This document shows, in pieces, positions 1-8,871 of a DNA stretch of 32,000 bases. Position 1 is the first letter of the stretch. Every line of letters begins with the position of its first letter. The stretch lies in sequence record JX131330.1. One strand, written 5' to 3'. The position numbers and the translations under genes were made by a program. Under the pieces are notes generated by a model. The model was given only the letters and a program-made list of their open reading frames with translations. It was not told where the DNA came from and ran no database searches. The DNA comes from Pseudomonas phage MP1412.

Positions 1-1
1 G

Positions 2-847
2 GAGCAGGGCAAGCTGTATCGCCAGTTGCGTGACGAGTACATCGTGTGGCTGGAGACGGGCGGGATTGAGCGGGACGCGGAAGCGGTCGCCGCGGAGCCG
101 TCGCCGGACGCCTGCCCGACCTGCTTGGGCAAACGTGAGGTGGAGTTTGACGGCTTCATCTACCCCTGCCCCGACTGCGGAGACGCCCCTGACCTGGGCG
201 CGGAGGGCACCACCCCGGTCATCGCCGCCCTCGCCATCACCCGGCTCCTCCGCCTCCAGCAGATCACCTGCGGCTACCTCCCGACCGACGATGAAGCGGA
301 ACCTGTGTACACTATCCCGGGGCCGAACCGTCGCCTGGACCTGCTCTGCGAGCTGATCGAGGAGTCCCAGCACAAGGTGATCGTCTGGGCCCGGTTCCAG
401 ATGGACATCACCCTGATCATGGACGCCCTCCGCGAGCGCGGCATCAGCGCGGTCCGTTATGACGGGCTGGTGAACGATGATGAGCGGGCGGACGCCAAGG
501 CCCGGTTCCAGGGCGAGCGCCCCCTGTACCACAACGGACAGGTGGTTGGGCGCGAGGCCGTCCCGCCGGAGGAACAGGCCCGCGTGTTCGTGGGCAATCC
601 CGCGGCGGGGGCGACGGGTCTGACCTTGACGGCAGCCAAGACTGTCATTTATTATTCCAACAGCTTCAAGCTGATCGACCGCCTTCAGTCGGAGGACCGC
701 GCCCACCGGATCGGACAGACCAACAGCGTGCTGTACATCGACCTCGTGGCTGAGGACTCCGTGGATGAGAAGGTGGTGGAAGCGTTGAGGAACAAATTCA
801 ACGTGGCGAGCCAGATCACCGGCGACCGCCTCAAAGACTGGTTGTGA
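2..847 (+). CDS. SNF2-family DNA helicase, C-terminal part (5'-truncated by window)
   Basis: Frame is open to the window edge (EQGKLYRQLRDEY...). Helicase_C motifs: HKVIVWARFQMDITLIMDAL, GNPAAGATGLTLTAAKTVIYYS, RLQSEDRAHRIGQTNSV. Contains a CPTC...CPDC zinc-ribbon-like insert. Confidence 0.9.
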   Translation, partial: EQGKLYRQLRDEYIVWLETGGIERDAEAVAAEPSPDACPTCLGKREVEFDGFIYPCPDCGDAPDLGAEGTTPVIAALAITRLLRLQQITCGYLPTDDEAEPVYTIPGPNRRLDLLCELIEESQHKVIVWARFQMDITLIMDALRERGISAVRYDGLVNDDERADAKARFQGERPLYHNGQVVGREAVPPEEQARVFVGNPAAGATGLTLTAAKTVIYYSNSFKLIDRLQSEDRAHRIGQTNSVLYIDLVAEDSVDEKVVEALRNKFNVASQITGDRLKDWL

Positions 848-854
848 GACTACT

Positions 855-1208
855 ATGAGCCGTGTATTTGTTGTACAGAACCAACACCGCTGGGACCGCG
901 ACAAGCAGCGGTTCGAGCCCAAATTCAACCTCGCCCCGGCGGAGGAGTTCGGTGAGCTGGTGTTCCTGCTCAGCCCGACCGCGGCCCCGTTCCGCCCGGA
1001 GCCCATCATTGACGAGCTGAAGGAGAAGCTGGCCGACTTCGGGCCGGGGGACCACCTCCTGCTCGTGGGCAATCCGGTCCTGATCGGGTTCGCCGTCGCC
1101 ATCGCCGCGGACGCCAATGACGGGGACGTGTCCCTGCTCCAGTGGAGCGGCAAGGACCAACGCTACATCGCGGTGGACGCCTCGGGCCTCTTTACTTCTT
1201 CCGATTGA
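855..1208 (+). CDS. hypothetical phage protein
   Basis: 117 aa ORF directly downstream of the helicase, ATG start. Its 3' end overlaps a promoter-like element. Confidence 0.7.
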   Translation: MSRVFVVQNQHRWDRDKQRFEPKFNLAPAEEFGELVFLLSPTAAPFRPEPIIDELKEKLADFGPGDHLLLVGNPVLIGFAVAIAADANDGDVSLLQWSGKDQRYIAVDASGLFTSSD

Positions 1209-1219
1209 CCGGCTATACT
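1191..1219 (+). promoter_or_regulatory. composite promoter element copy 1
   Basis: TTTACT (1191-1196), 17 nt, TATACT (1214-1219). Conserved flanks TTTACTTCTTC and CTATACTTCTTCA. Next gene starts at 1268. Confidence 0.8.
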
Positions 1220-1267
1220 TCTTCAGCGTGATTGGGATACCCCCTCACCGAAGAAACGGAGAATCAC

Positions 1268-1813
1268 ATGTCAAGTGAAAACGCATACCTGGACTATGTC
1301 CAACCTCAGACCGCCGGTGGCGAACTGAGCCAACTCACTCAGCTGGCCGAACAACAGGCCGCTGCCCAGTCGAAGGTCGCAGACCTCGAAGCCCAGCTCA
1401 ACAAGGCCCGCGAAGAACTCCGCGACATCGCGGAGCGCCAGGTGCCCGAACTCATGGACCAGATCGGCATTGGCGAGTTCAAGACCACCACCGGCCTGAA
1501 GATCAAGATTGACGAGACGATCCGCGCCAGCATCCCGAAGGCCAAGGCCCCGCTCGCCTTCGCCTGGCTCAAGCAGAACGGCCACGCCGCGATGATCAAG
1601 CGCGTGGTCGCCGTCGCATTCGGCAAGGGCGAGGACGAGAAGGCTGACGAACTGCGCCAGCGTCTCGCGGACGAGTTCGAGGTGGACGACAACGCCAGCG
1701 TCCATCCTTCGACCCTTGCCGCTTTCGTCCGCGAGAAGCTGCGTGAAGGCGAGGAAGTCCCCCTGGACCTGTTCGGGGTCCATCGTCAGCGCGTGTCCAA
1801 GATCGAAGTGTGA
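1268..1813 (+). CDS. conserved phage hypothetical protein with coiled-coil region
   Basis: ATG preceded by AAGAAACGGAGAATCAC. The ORF track start at 1232 would include the leader. 181 aa with a heptad-like N-terminal region. Confidence 0.75.
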   Translation: MSSENAYLDYVQPQTAGGELSQLTQLAEQQAAAQSKVADLEAQLNKAREELRDIAERQVPELMDQIGIGEFKTTTGLKIKIDETIRASIPKAKAPLAFAWLKQNGHAAMIKRVVAVAFGKGEDEKADELRQRLADEFEVDDNASVHPSTLAAFVREKLREGEEVPLDLFGVHRQRVSKIEV

Positions 1814-1955
1814 CCAGAATGCCGGAGGACGGCCCCGGGCCTTCCTCCCAACCGAACCGCCCCGCGGGTGACAGCGGGTACAGCCGGTGAGACGGCAGGG
1901 GCTATTCGACCGGGGGCCCAATCGACCCGCTCACATTGAACCAAAGGAGCCTATC

Positions 1956-2795
1956 ATGGCCAAGACCGAAAGCAAGACCACCGATGTCGCAGTGAAGGAA
2001 CAGAACACCGCAATGGCGGAGTATGGCGCATATGCCGACTACGCGGGCGCGGGTTTCGAGAACCAGACCAGCGATGACTACAGCATCCCGTTCCTCCAGA
2101 TTCTTCAGGCCCTCAGCCCGCAGCTCCAGGAGAACGACAGCCTGCGCCAGGGCATGATCCTGAACACCGTGACCGGCGAAGTCTGGGACGGCAAGAAGGG
2201 CATTGCCTTCGTCCCGGCGACCACCCAGCACGTGTACGTGGAGTGGAAGCCCCGCGATGCGGGCGGCGGTTTCGTGGGCATCCACGAAGTCAACAGCGAT
2301 CTGGTGAACCACGCCAAGGCAGCGTCCTCGGAGTATGGCAAGTACAGCACCCCGGACGGCAACGAGCTGATCGAAACCTTCTATGTGTACGGCATCGCGC
2401 TGGATGATGACGGCAACGCCTCGGAAGCGGTCCTGGCCTTCAGCTCCACCAAGATCAAGAAGTACAAGGGCTGGATGACCAAGGCCAAGACCATCCAGAT
2501 TCCGCTGCCGGACGGTCGCCGCATCCCGGCTCCGTTGTTCGCCCACCGCTACCGCCTCAAGACCGTGAGCGAGAAGAACAACAAGGGCCAGTTCTTCAAC
2601 TGGGACGCCATCGCCTTCGACGGCGCGAACGCCCAGGAAGCCCGCCTGCTGCCGGATGATCCGCTGTTCCAGTCCGCTGTGAACATCAAGTCGATGATCG
2701 AGCAGGGCAAGGCCCGCGCCGCCTATGAGTCGCAGGCTCCGGGCTCCGCGGACGAAGAAGCCCAGGGCGCAGGCGGCGGCAAGCCGGTGTTCTGA
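1956..2795 (+). CDS. conserved phage hypothetical protein, possible recombination or ssDNA-binding accessory
   Basis: ATG after AAAGGAGCCTATC. 279 aa. Function not assignable from motifs. Confidence 0.75.
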   Translation: MAKTESKTTDVAVKEQNTAMAEYGAYADYAGAGFENQTSDDYSIPFLQILQALSPQLQENDSLRQGMILNTVTGEVWDGKKGIAFVPATTQHVYVEWKPRDAGGGFVGIHEVNSDLVNHAKAASSEYGKYSTPDGNELIETFYVYGIALDDDGNASEAVLAFSSTKIKKYKGWMTKAKTIQIPLPDGRRIPAPLFAHRYRLKTVSEKNNKGQFFNWDAIAFDGANAQEARLLPDDPLFQSAVNIKSMIEQGKARAAYESQAPGSADEEAQGAGGGKPVF

Positions 2796-2845
2796 TCTAC
2801 CGGGAGGACCGACCCGGACGGCCCGCCCCCTCGGGCCGTACCTTC

Positions 2846-2874
2846 AGGGGGCCTTCGTGGCCCCCTTCTTTTCA
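2846..2874 (+). terminator. putative rho-independent terminator
   Basis: AGGGGGCC-TTCGT-GGCCCCCT perfect 8 bp stem followed by TCTTTTC. Confidence 0.75.
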
Positions 2875-2896
2875 TCAGAAACGGAGAACGATCATC

Positions 2897-4090
2897 ATGT
2901 GGAGTCCGCAACAGCAGACCGCGCTGGACCGGGTTGGGCGTTGGCTCAAGACCCGGGACAAGCCCGTGTTCCAGCTCGCCGGGTACGCCGGAACCGGCAA
3001 GACCACCCTGGCCAAACACCTCGCCGCGACCGTCAACGGTCCCGTGTACTTCGCCGCCTACACCGGCAAGGCCGCTCACGTCCTCACGAAGTCCGGGGCG
3101 ACCAACGTGAGTACCATCCACAAGCTCATTTACACGCCCAAGGACAAGTCGCAGCAGCGCCTGAAGGAACTCCAAGCGGAGCGGGCGCGGCTCCTCACCC
3201 ACAAGCCCGTCCCGGAAACCCTCGTGGAGAAGGTCGATGCGGCGATCAAGGCGGAGCAGATCAACCTCGCCCGCCCGATGTTCCAGCTCAACACGGAGTC
3301 GCCCCTGTTCGAGGCCGCGCTGCTCGTGGTGGATGAGTATTCCATGATTGACGAGCAGATGGGGGAGGACTTGCTCAGCTTCGGTTGCCCGATCCTCGCC
3401 CTGGGCGATCCCGGACAGCTCCCGCCCGTGGGCGGCACCCCCTTCTTCAAGAACAAGCCCGACATCCTGCTCACGGAGATTCACCGCCAGGCCCAGGACA
3501 ACCCGATCATCTGGATGTCCAAGGAGGTCCGCGAGGGCCGCGTGCTCCGCCCCGGCGACTACGGTGCCAGCCGCGTGATTCCCTATGGCCGCCTGCCACG
3601 CGAAGAACTCCGGGACATGGTACTGTCCACTGACCAGCTCCTCGTTGGCAGGAACGCCACGAGAATCACGAGCAACGGACGTGCCCGGGAACTCCTCGGG
3701 CGGACGAACGCCCTGCCGCAGGAAGGTGACAAGCTGGTGTGCCTCCGCAACAACCATGAGGTGGGCCTGCTCAACGGTCAGCTCTGGAAGGTCCGCCGTG
3801 ACACGATCTTCGACGGCGACTATGTCATCATGGACATCGAAGGCGAGGACGGCGCGAAGGTCGAAGTCAGCGCCCACCCCCACTACTTCCACGGCAACAA
3901 GCCGGAGTATTGGGAGCGGAAGGACGCGGAGGAGTTCGACTATGGATATGCGCTCACCGTCCACAAGTCGCAGGGCTCCCAGTGGAACAACGTCCTGCTG
4001 TTTGATGAGTGGTACGGGAAGGACCGGAAGGAATGGTTGTACACCGCCATTACCCGGGCCGCGGAACGCATCGACCTCGTTATGATGTAG
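2897..4090 (+). CDS. RecD/Dda-like SF1 DNA helicase
   Basis: Walker A GYAGTGKTTLA, Walker B LLVVDEYSMID, GDPGQLPPVGG, and C-terminal YALTVHKSQGSQW...YTAITRA. Confidence 0.92.
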   Translation: MWSPQQQTALDRVGRWLKTRDKPVFQLAGYAGTGKTTLAKHLAATVNGPVYFAAYTGKAAHVLTKSGATNVSTIHKLIYTPKDKSQQRLKELQAERARLLTHKPVPETLVEKVDAAIKAEQINLARPMFQLNTESPLFEAALLVVDEYSMIDEQMGEDLLSFGCPILALGDPGQLPPVGGTPFFKNKPDILLTEIHRQAQDNPIIWMSKEVREGRVLRPGDYGASRVIPYGRLPREELRDMVLSTDQLLVGRNATRITSNGRARELLGRTNALPQEGDKLVCLRNNHEVGLLNGQLWKVRRDTIFDGDYVIMDIEGEDGAKVEVSAHPHYFHGNKPEYWERKDAEEFDYGYALTVHKSQGSQWNNVLLFDEWYGKDRKEWLYTAITRAAERIDLVMM

Positions 4091-4111
4091 CCCAAGAACA
4101 GGAGCAACGAT

Positions 4112-5977
4112 ATGATAGAAAGCCCTCAACCCTTCAAGGAGACTCGCAAAATGCATGGTCCACAAGTACCCTATTCACAAGAACTACACTCCCAGAAGTA
4201 CCGCGGCAGCGGCGAGTCCTTCCGCGAGGCCATGAACCGGATCGCCGCGGCCCTGAAGGACGATGACCAACACTTCGCAGACTTCCGGGACGCCCTCCTG
4301 GGCATGCGCTTCCTCCCGGCGGGCCGCATCCAGTCCGCGATGGGCTCCACCCGCCAAGTCACCCCATACAACTGTTACGTCTCCGGGACGATCAATGACA
4401 GCTTCGTGGACGGCGACGGCTCCATCATGGCCCGGGCCGCGGAAGCCGCAGCCACAATGCGGATGGGCGGCGGGATCGGCTATGACTTCAGCACCCTCCG
4501 TCCTCGCGGCGACCTGATCCGCAAGCTCCAGTCCCACTCCTCCGGCCCCATCAGCTTCATGCACATCTTCGACGCGATCTGCAAGTGCGTCGCCTCCTCC
4601 GGCCATCGCCGCGGAGCCCAGATGGGGGTGATGCGCGTGGACCATCCCGACATTGAGGAGTTCATTCACGCCAAGCAACCCGGGAAGGACGTTCAGCCGC
4701 TCTGGGACCTCGTGGCCGAACTCCCGGAAGGAGCCCAGAAGCAGCAGCTGGTCATGTCCCTTCAGCAGACCCTGAAGCTGACCGGCTTCAACGTCTCCGT
4801 CGCCATCACCGACAAGTTCATGGAGTGCGTCGCCTCCGGCGAGCCGTTCCCCCTCACCTTCGAGGGCCGGACCTACCGCGAAGTGGACGCCCGGGCGCTG
4901 TGGGACGCGATCATGCGCGGGACCTGGGATTGGGCGGAGCCGGGCGTGCTGTTCATCGACGCGATCAACCGCATGAACAACCTCTGGTACTGCGAGACCA
5001 TCGCCGCCACCAACCCCTGCGGTGAGCAACCCCTCCCGCCCTACGGTGCCTGTCTCCTGGGCTCCTTCAACCTGGTCAAGTACATCTACAAGGACGGCGC
5101 GGGCCGCTTCTCCTTCGATTGGGACCAGTACCGCGAGGACATCCCGCAAGTGGTCCGGGCGATGGACAACGTGGTTGATCGCGCGATCTACCCGCTGCCG
5201 CAGCAGAAGCAGGAAGCCAAGGACAAGCGCCGCATGGGCCTCGGGATCACCGGCCTGGCCAACGCCGCCGAAGCCCTGGGCCATGAGTACGGTTCGCCCG
5301 CCTTCCTCGCCTTCGAGGCGGAGGTGCTGGACACGCTGCGTGATGAGTCCTACCTGGCCAGCGCCCACATCGCCAAGGTCAAGGGCTCCTTCCCGAAGTT
5401 CGACAAGGACAAGTACCTCCAGGGCCAGTTCATCAAGACCCTCCGCGAGGACGTGCGGGACGCCATCGCCAAATACGGCATCCGCAACTCCCACCTCACT
5501 TCCATCGCCCCGACCGGGACCATCAGCCTGTGCGCCGACAACGTCAGCTCCGGGATTGAGCCGGTGTTCGCCTACAGCTTCGACCGCACCGTGATCGAGT
5601 TCAGCGGCCCCCGCGTGGAGACGGTCGAGGACTACGGCGCGCGGGTGTTCGGGGTTCGCGGCAAGACCTGCTCCCGCGTCACCGTCCAGGAGCACGTCGC
5701 GGCCCTGACCGTCGCCGCCCAGCGGGTCGATTCCGCGGTGTCCAAGACCTGCAACGTGCCGTCCGACATCGGCTGGGAGGACTTCAAGAACGTGTACGTC
5801 AGCGCCTGGGAGGGCGGAGCGAAGGGCTGCACGACCTTCCGCTTGGGCGGGAAGCGGTCGGGCATCCTCGTGGCGAAGGACGATGGCAATGAGCCGGAAG
5901 CGGACGCCCCGGAGACGGAGGAGCCCGCGAGCCAGTGCCGCATCGACCCGGCCACGGGTCGCCGTGAGTGTGAATAA
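4112..5977 (+). CDS. nrdJ: ribonucleotide reductase, class II (adenosylcobalamin-dependent) type
   Basis: 621 aa. FLPAGRIQSAMGS, PYNCYVSGTI, ATNPCGEQPLPPYGACLLGSFNL, SIAPTGTISLCADNVSSGIEPVFAY. No NrdB or NrdD partner seen in the window. Confidence 0.88.
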   Translation: MIESPQPFKETRKMHGPQVPYSQELHSQKYRGSGESFREAMNRIAAALKDDDQHFADFRDALLGMRFLPAGRIQSAMGSTRQVTPYNCYVSGTINDSFVDGDGSIMARAAEAAATMRMGGGIGYDFSTLRPRGDLIRKLQSHSSGPISFMHIFDAICKCVASSGHRRGAQMGVMRVDHPDIEEFIHAKQPGKDVQPLWDLVAELPEGAQKQQLVMSLQQTLKLTGFNVSVAITDKFMECVASGEPFPLTFEGRTYREVDARALWDAIMRGTWDWAEPGVLFIDAINRMNNLWYCETIAATNPCGEQPLPPYGACLLGSFNLVKYIYKDGAGRFSFDWDQYREDIPQVVRAMDNVVDRAIYPLPQQKQEAKDKRRMGLGITGLANAAEALGHEYGSPAFLAFEAEVLDTLRDESYLASAHIAKVKGSFPKFDKDKYLQGQFIKTLREDVRDAIAKYGIRNSHLTSIAPTGTISLCADNVSSGIEPVFAYSFDRTVIEFSGPRVETVEDYGARVFGVRGKTCSRVTVQEHVAALTVAAQRVDSAVSKTCNVPSDIGWEDFKNVYVSAWEGGAKGCTTFRLGGKRSGILVAKDDGNEPEADAPETEEPASQCRIDPATGRRECE

Positions 5978-5986
5978 GTGAGGGAC

Positions 5987-6036
5987 GGGGTGAGCAACTA
6001 GGGTTTTCCCTGAAAGTCAAAAAAGTTGCTCGCCCC
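5987..6036 (+). other. long intergenic hairpin abutting promoter copy 2
   Basis: GGGGTGAGCAACT (5987-5999) pairs with AGTTGCTCGCCCC (6024-6036), 13 pairs with one G-U wobble. Inner AGGG-TTTT-CCCT hairpin at 6000-6011. Confidence 0.7.
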
Positions 6037-6038
6037 AC

Positions 6039-6067
6039 TTTACTTCTTCGGGATGCGCCACTATACT
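6039..6067 (+). promoter_or_regulatory. composite promoter element copy 2
   Basis: TTTACT 6039-6044, 17 nt, TATACT 6062-6067, flanks TTTACTTCTTCGGG and CACTATACTTCTTTCA. Confidence 0.85.
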
Positions 6068-6121
6068 TCTTTCAACGGTCGAGCAAACGCAAGACCGCCT
6101 AACCCAGAAAAGGAGCCTGTC

Positions 6122-6805
6122 ATGAACACCACCGCCATCAACTTCAACAACGTCGCCTACACCGAAGCCTCCCTGAACGAGCTGTCTGGCCCGGCCCTGG
6201 TCGAGCTGTACAACGATGTCATCGGCACCTTCCGCAACGGTGAGTCCGTCCAGAACGTCCGCCGATTCGCTGACAAGAAGTCCGCCGTGTCCCGCACCTG
6301 GAAGATGCTTCAGCGTTATGCCGAAGCGAACCCGGAAGTTGAGGCGGAGCCGGTGAAGGCCGAACCCCAGAAGGTCGAAACCGTGAACGAAACCACCACC
6401 CCCGCCCCCGTCGCCGCCCCGAAGGCAGCGAAGGCCCCCGCGGAGAAGAAGGCCCGCAGCCCCCGCGGCACCAACCTCGCCGCCCCTGGCCACGCCCCGA
6501 TCCCCTGCCGCGAGGGCTCGAAGCAGGCTATGCTCCTGGACATGCTGTCCCGCCCGAACGGTGCGACCATGGCTGAACTGATCGAAGCCCTGAGCGGCGG
6601 CAACAAGCCCTGGACCGAAGCCACCGTGCGCTCCGGCTTCGGCTGGGACATGAAGCTGAAGGGCTACGGGGTCCGCTCCGCCTTCGACGCGGACGGCACT
6701 GAGCGGTTCCACATCGTGGTCCCGGAAGGCCACGCGATCCCGGCCCACAAGCCGCTGAAGTCCGCCCCGAAGGCTGACGCCCGCCAGACCCGCCTGGCCG
6801 ACTGA
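6122..6805 (+). CDS. DUF3489-like domain protein
   Basis: C-terminal SKQAMLLDMLSRPNGATMAELIEALSGGNKPWTEATVRSGFGWDMKLKGYGVRS resembles DUF3489, a winged-helix-like domain. ATG after AAAAGGAGCCTGTC. Confidence 0.7.
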   Translation: MNTTAINFNNVAYTEASLNELSGPALVELYNDVIGTFRNGESVQNVRRFADKKSAVSRTWKMLQRYAEANPEVEAEPVKAEPQKVETVNETTTPAPVAAPKAAKAPAEKKARSPRGTNLAAPGHAPIPCREGSKQAMLLDMLSRPNGATMAELIEALSGGNKPWTEATVRSGFGWDMKLKGYGVRSAFDADGTERFHIVVPEGHAIPAHKPLKSAPKADARQTRLAD

Positions 6806-6815
6806 GGCAGGGGTC

Positions 6816-7079
6816 ATGGGAGCCTCGGAGCGCACCTATGACTACCTGATCCGCCGGGTGGAGTACCCGGCGGAGCGGGGATACAGAATGGAGCCTTTCA
6901 AGCTACCTCCGTGGATTCACGTGGTGATCACGGAGGACGGCGACAGCAAGTGGCTGACGGTCCATTCCCGTATTCATGTCAACAAAGAAGTCCGCATGGA
7001 GCCTTCCTTCAGTCGCCAATTCTCTGATTGGGACATCTTGAAGGACCTGAGCGGGAAAATCAGTCACGCATTCTTGTGA
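6816..7079 (+). CDS. hypothetical protein
   Basis: 87 aa ORF between well-supported genes. Confidence 0.5.
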   Translation: MGASERTYDYLIRRVEYPAERGYRMEPFKLPPWIHVVITEDGDSKWLTVHSRIHVNKEVRMEPSFSRQFSDWDILKDLSGKISHAFL

Positions 7080-7964
<885 letters not shown>

Positions 7965-7965
7965 G

Positions 7966-8802
7966 ATGATCGTCAACAACACCCCGGTCGAAACCTATGA
8001 GCTCAACGGGGTCCCGATCCTCGTGAAACGGGAGGACCTGTGCGCCCCGCTCCCGGGTCCGTCCTTCAGCAAGATTCGCGGAGTTGTCGCCCATATCAAG
8101 AACCGGCCTGAGACCACCATCGGTTGTCTGGACACGTTCCACTCGAAGGCGGGCTGGGCGGTCGCCTACGTTTGCCAGCAGCTCGGGAAACGGGCGGTGG
8201 ACTACTGGCCCCGCTTCAAGCGCGACGGAGCCGCGGACGCCCCGCGCATCCAGCAGCAGTACGCTCGCCAGCTCGGGGCGGACCTCGTGGACATCCCGGC
8301 GGGCCGCTCCGCGATCCTGTACCATACGGCCAAGAAGCACCTGCGGGAGAACTACCACGACAGCTACCTGATGCCGAACGCCCTGAAGCTCCCGGAGTCG
8401 ATCACGGAGAACGCCGCGGAGGCCGTCCGCACCGCCCCGCTCCTCCCGCCGTCAGGGAACCTGGTCATCAGTATCAGCTCGGGGACGGTCGCCGCCGGGG
8501 TGCTCAAGGGCTTCGAGGAGGCGGGCCTGCTCCGCAATTACAACGTCATCCTTCACATGGGGTACTCCCGGAGCCAGGACGCCACCCGGGAGTACATCGA
8601 GAAGGCCGCTGGCCTGACCCTGGGCGACCGGATCACGTTCATTGACGAGGGCTATGGCTACGCGGACGCCGCCCGGGACGCCGCGGCCCCGTTCCCCTGC
8701 AACCCCTTCTATGATCTGAAGGCTTGGAAGTGGTTGAGCAACCCGACCAACCTGGAGACGATCCCGGACGGCCCCGTTGTTTTCTGGAACATCGGGGAAT
8801 GA
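7966..8802 (+). CDS. PLP-dependent enzyme, fold type II (tryptophan synthase beta/threonine synthase-like)
   Basis: VPILVKREDLCAPLPGPSFSKIRGVVAHI (candidate Schiff-base lysine in FSKIRG) and VISISSGTVAAGVLKGF (phosphate-binding loop). ATG overlaps the end of the upstream gene region. Confidence 0.75.
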   Translation: MIVNNTPVETYELNGVPILVKREDLCAPLPGPSFSKIRGVVAHIKNRPETTIGCLDTFHSKAGWAVAYVCQQLGKRAVDYWPRFKRDGAADAPRIQQQYARQLGADLVDIPAGRSAILYHTAKKHLRENYHDSYLMPNALKLPESITENAAEAVRTAPLLPPSGNLVISISSGTVAAGVLKGFEEAGLLRNYNVILHMGYSRSQDATREYIEKAAGLTLGDRITFIDEGYGYADAARDAAAPFPCNPFYDLKAWKWLSNPTNLETIPDGPVVFWNIGE

Positions 8803-8816
8803 CCAACGCATAGTGC

Positions 8817-8845
8817 TTTACTTCTTCGGAGGAAGGCACTAGACT
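8817..8845 (+). promoter_or_regulatory. composite promoter element copy 3 (divergent -10 TAGACT)
   Basis: TTTACT 8817-8822, 17 nt, TAGACT 8840-8845. Upstream of the radical SAM gene at 8872. Flanking TAGTGC/GCACTA inverted repeat. Confidence 0.75.
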
Positions 8846-8871
8846 TTTTCACACGTAATGAGGAGAACCAC

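Noticed and set aside
2818-2839. ACGGCCCG-CCCCCT-CGGGCCGT hairpin as a separate terminator
   Set aside because: Perfect 8 bp stem but no U-tract. The adjacent hairpin at 2846 better fits a terminator, so it is left unassigned.
6026-6121. N-terminal extension MLAPLYFFGMRHYTSF... of the DUF3489-like ORF, and similar LYFFG...HYTFF peptides at 28547 and 29780
   Set aside because: These peptides are simply the translated promoter repeat. Real starts follow downstream ribosome-binding sites.
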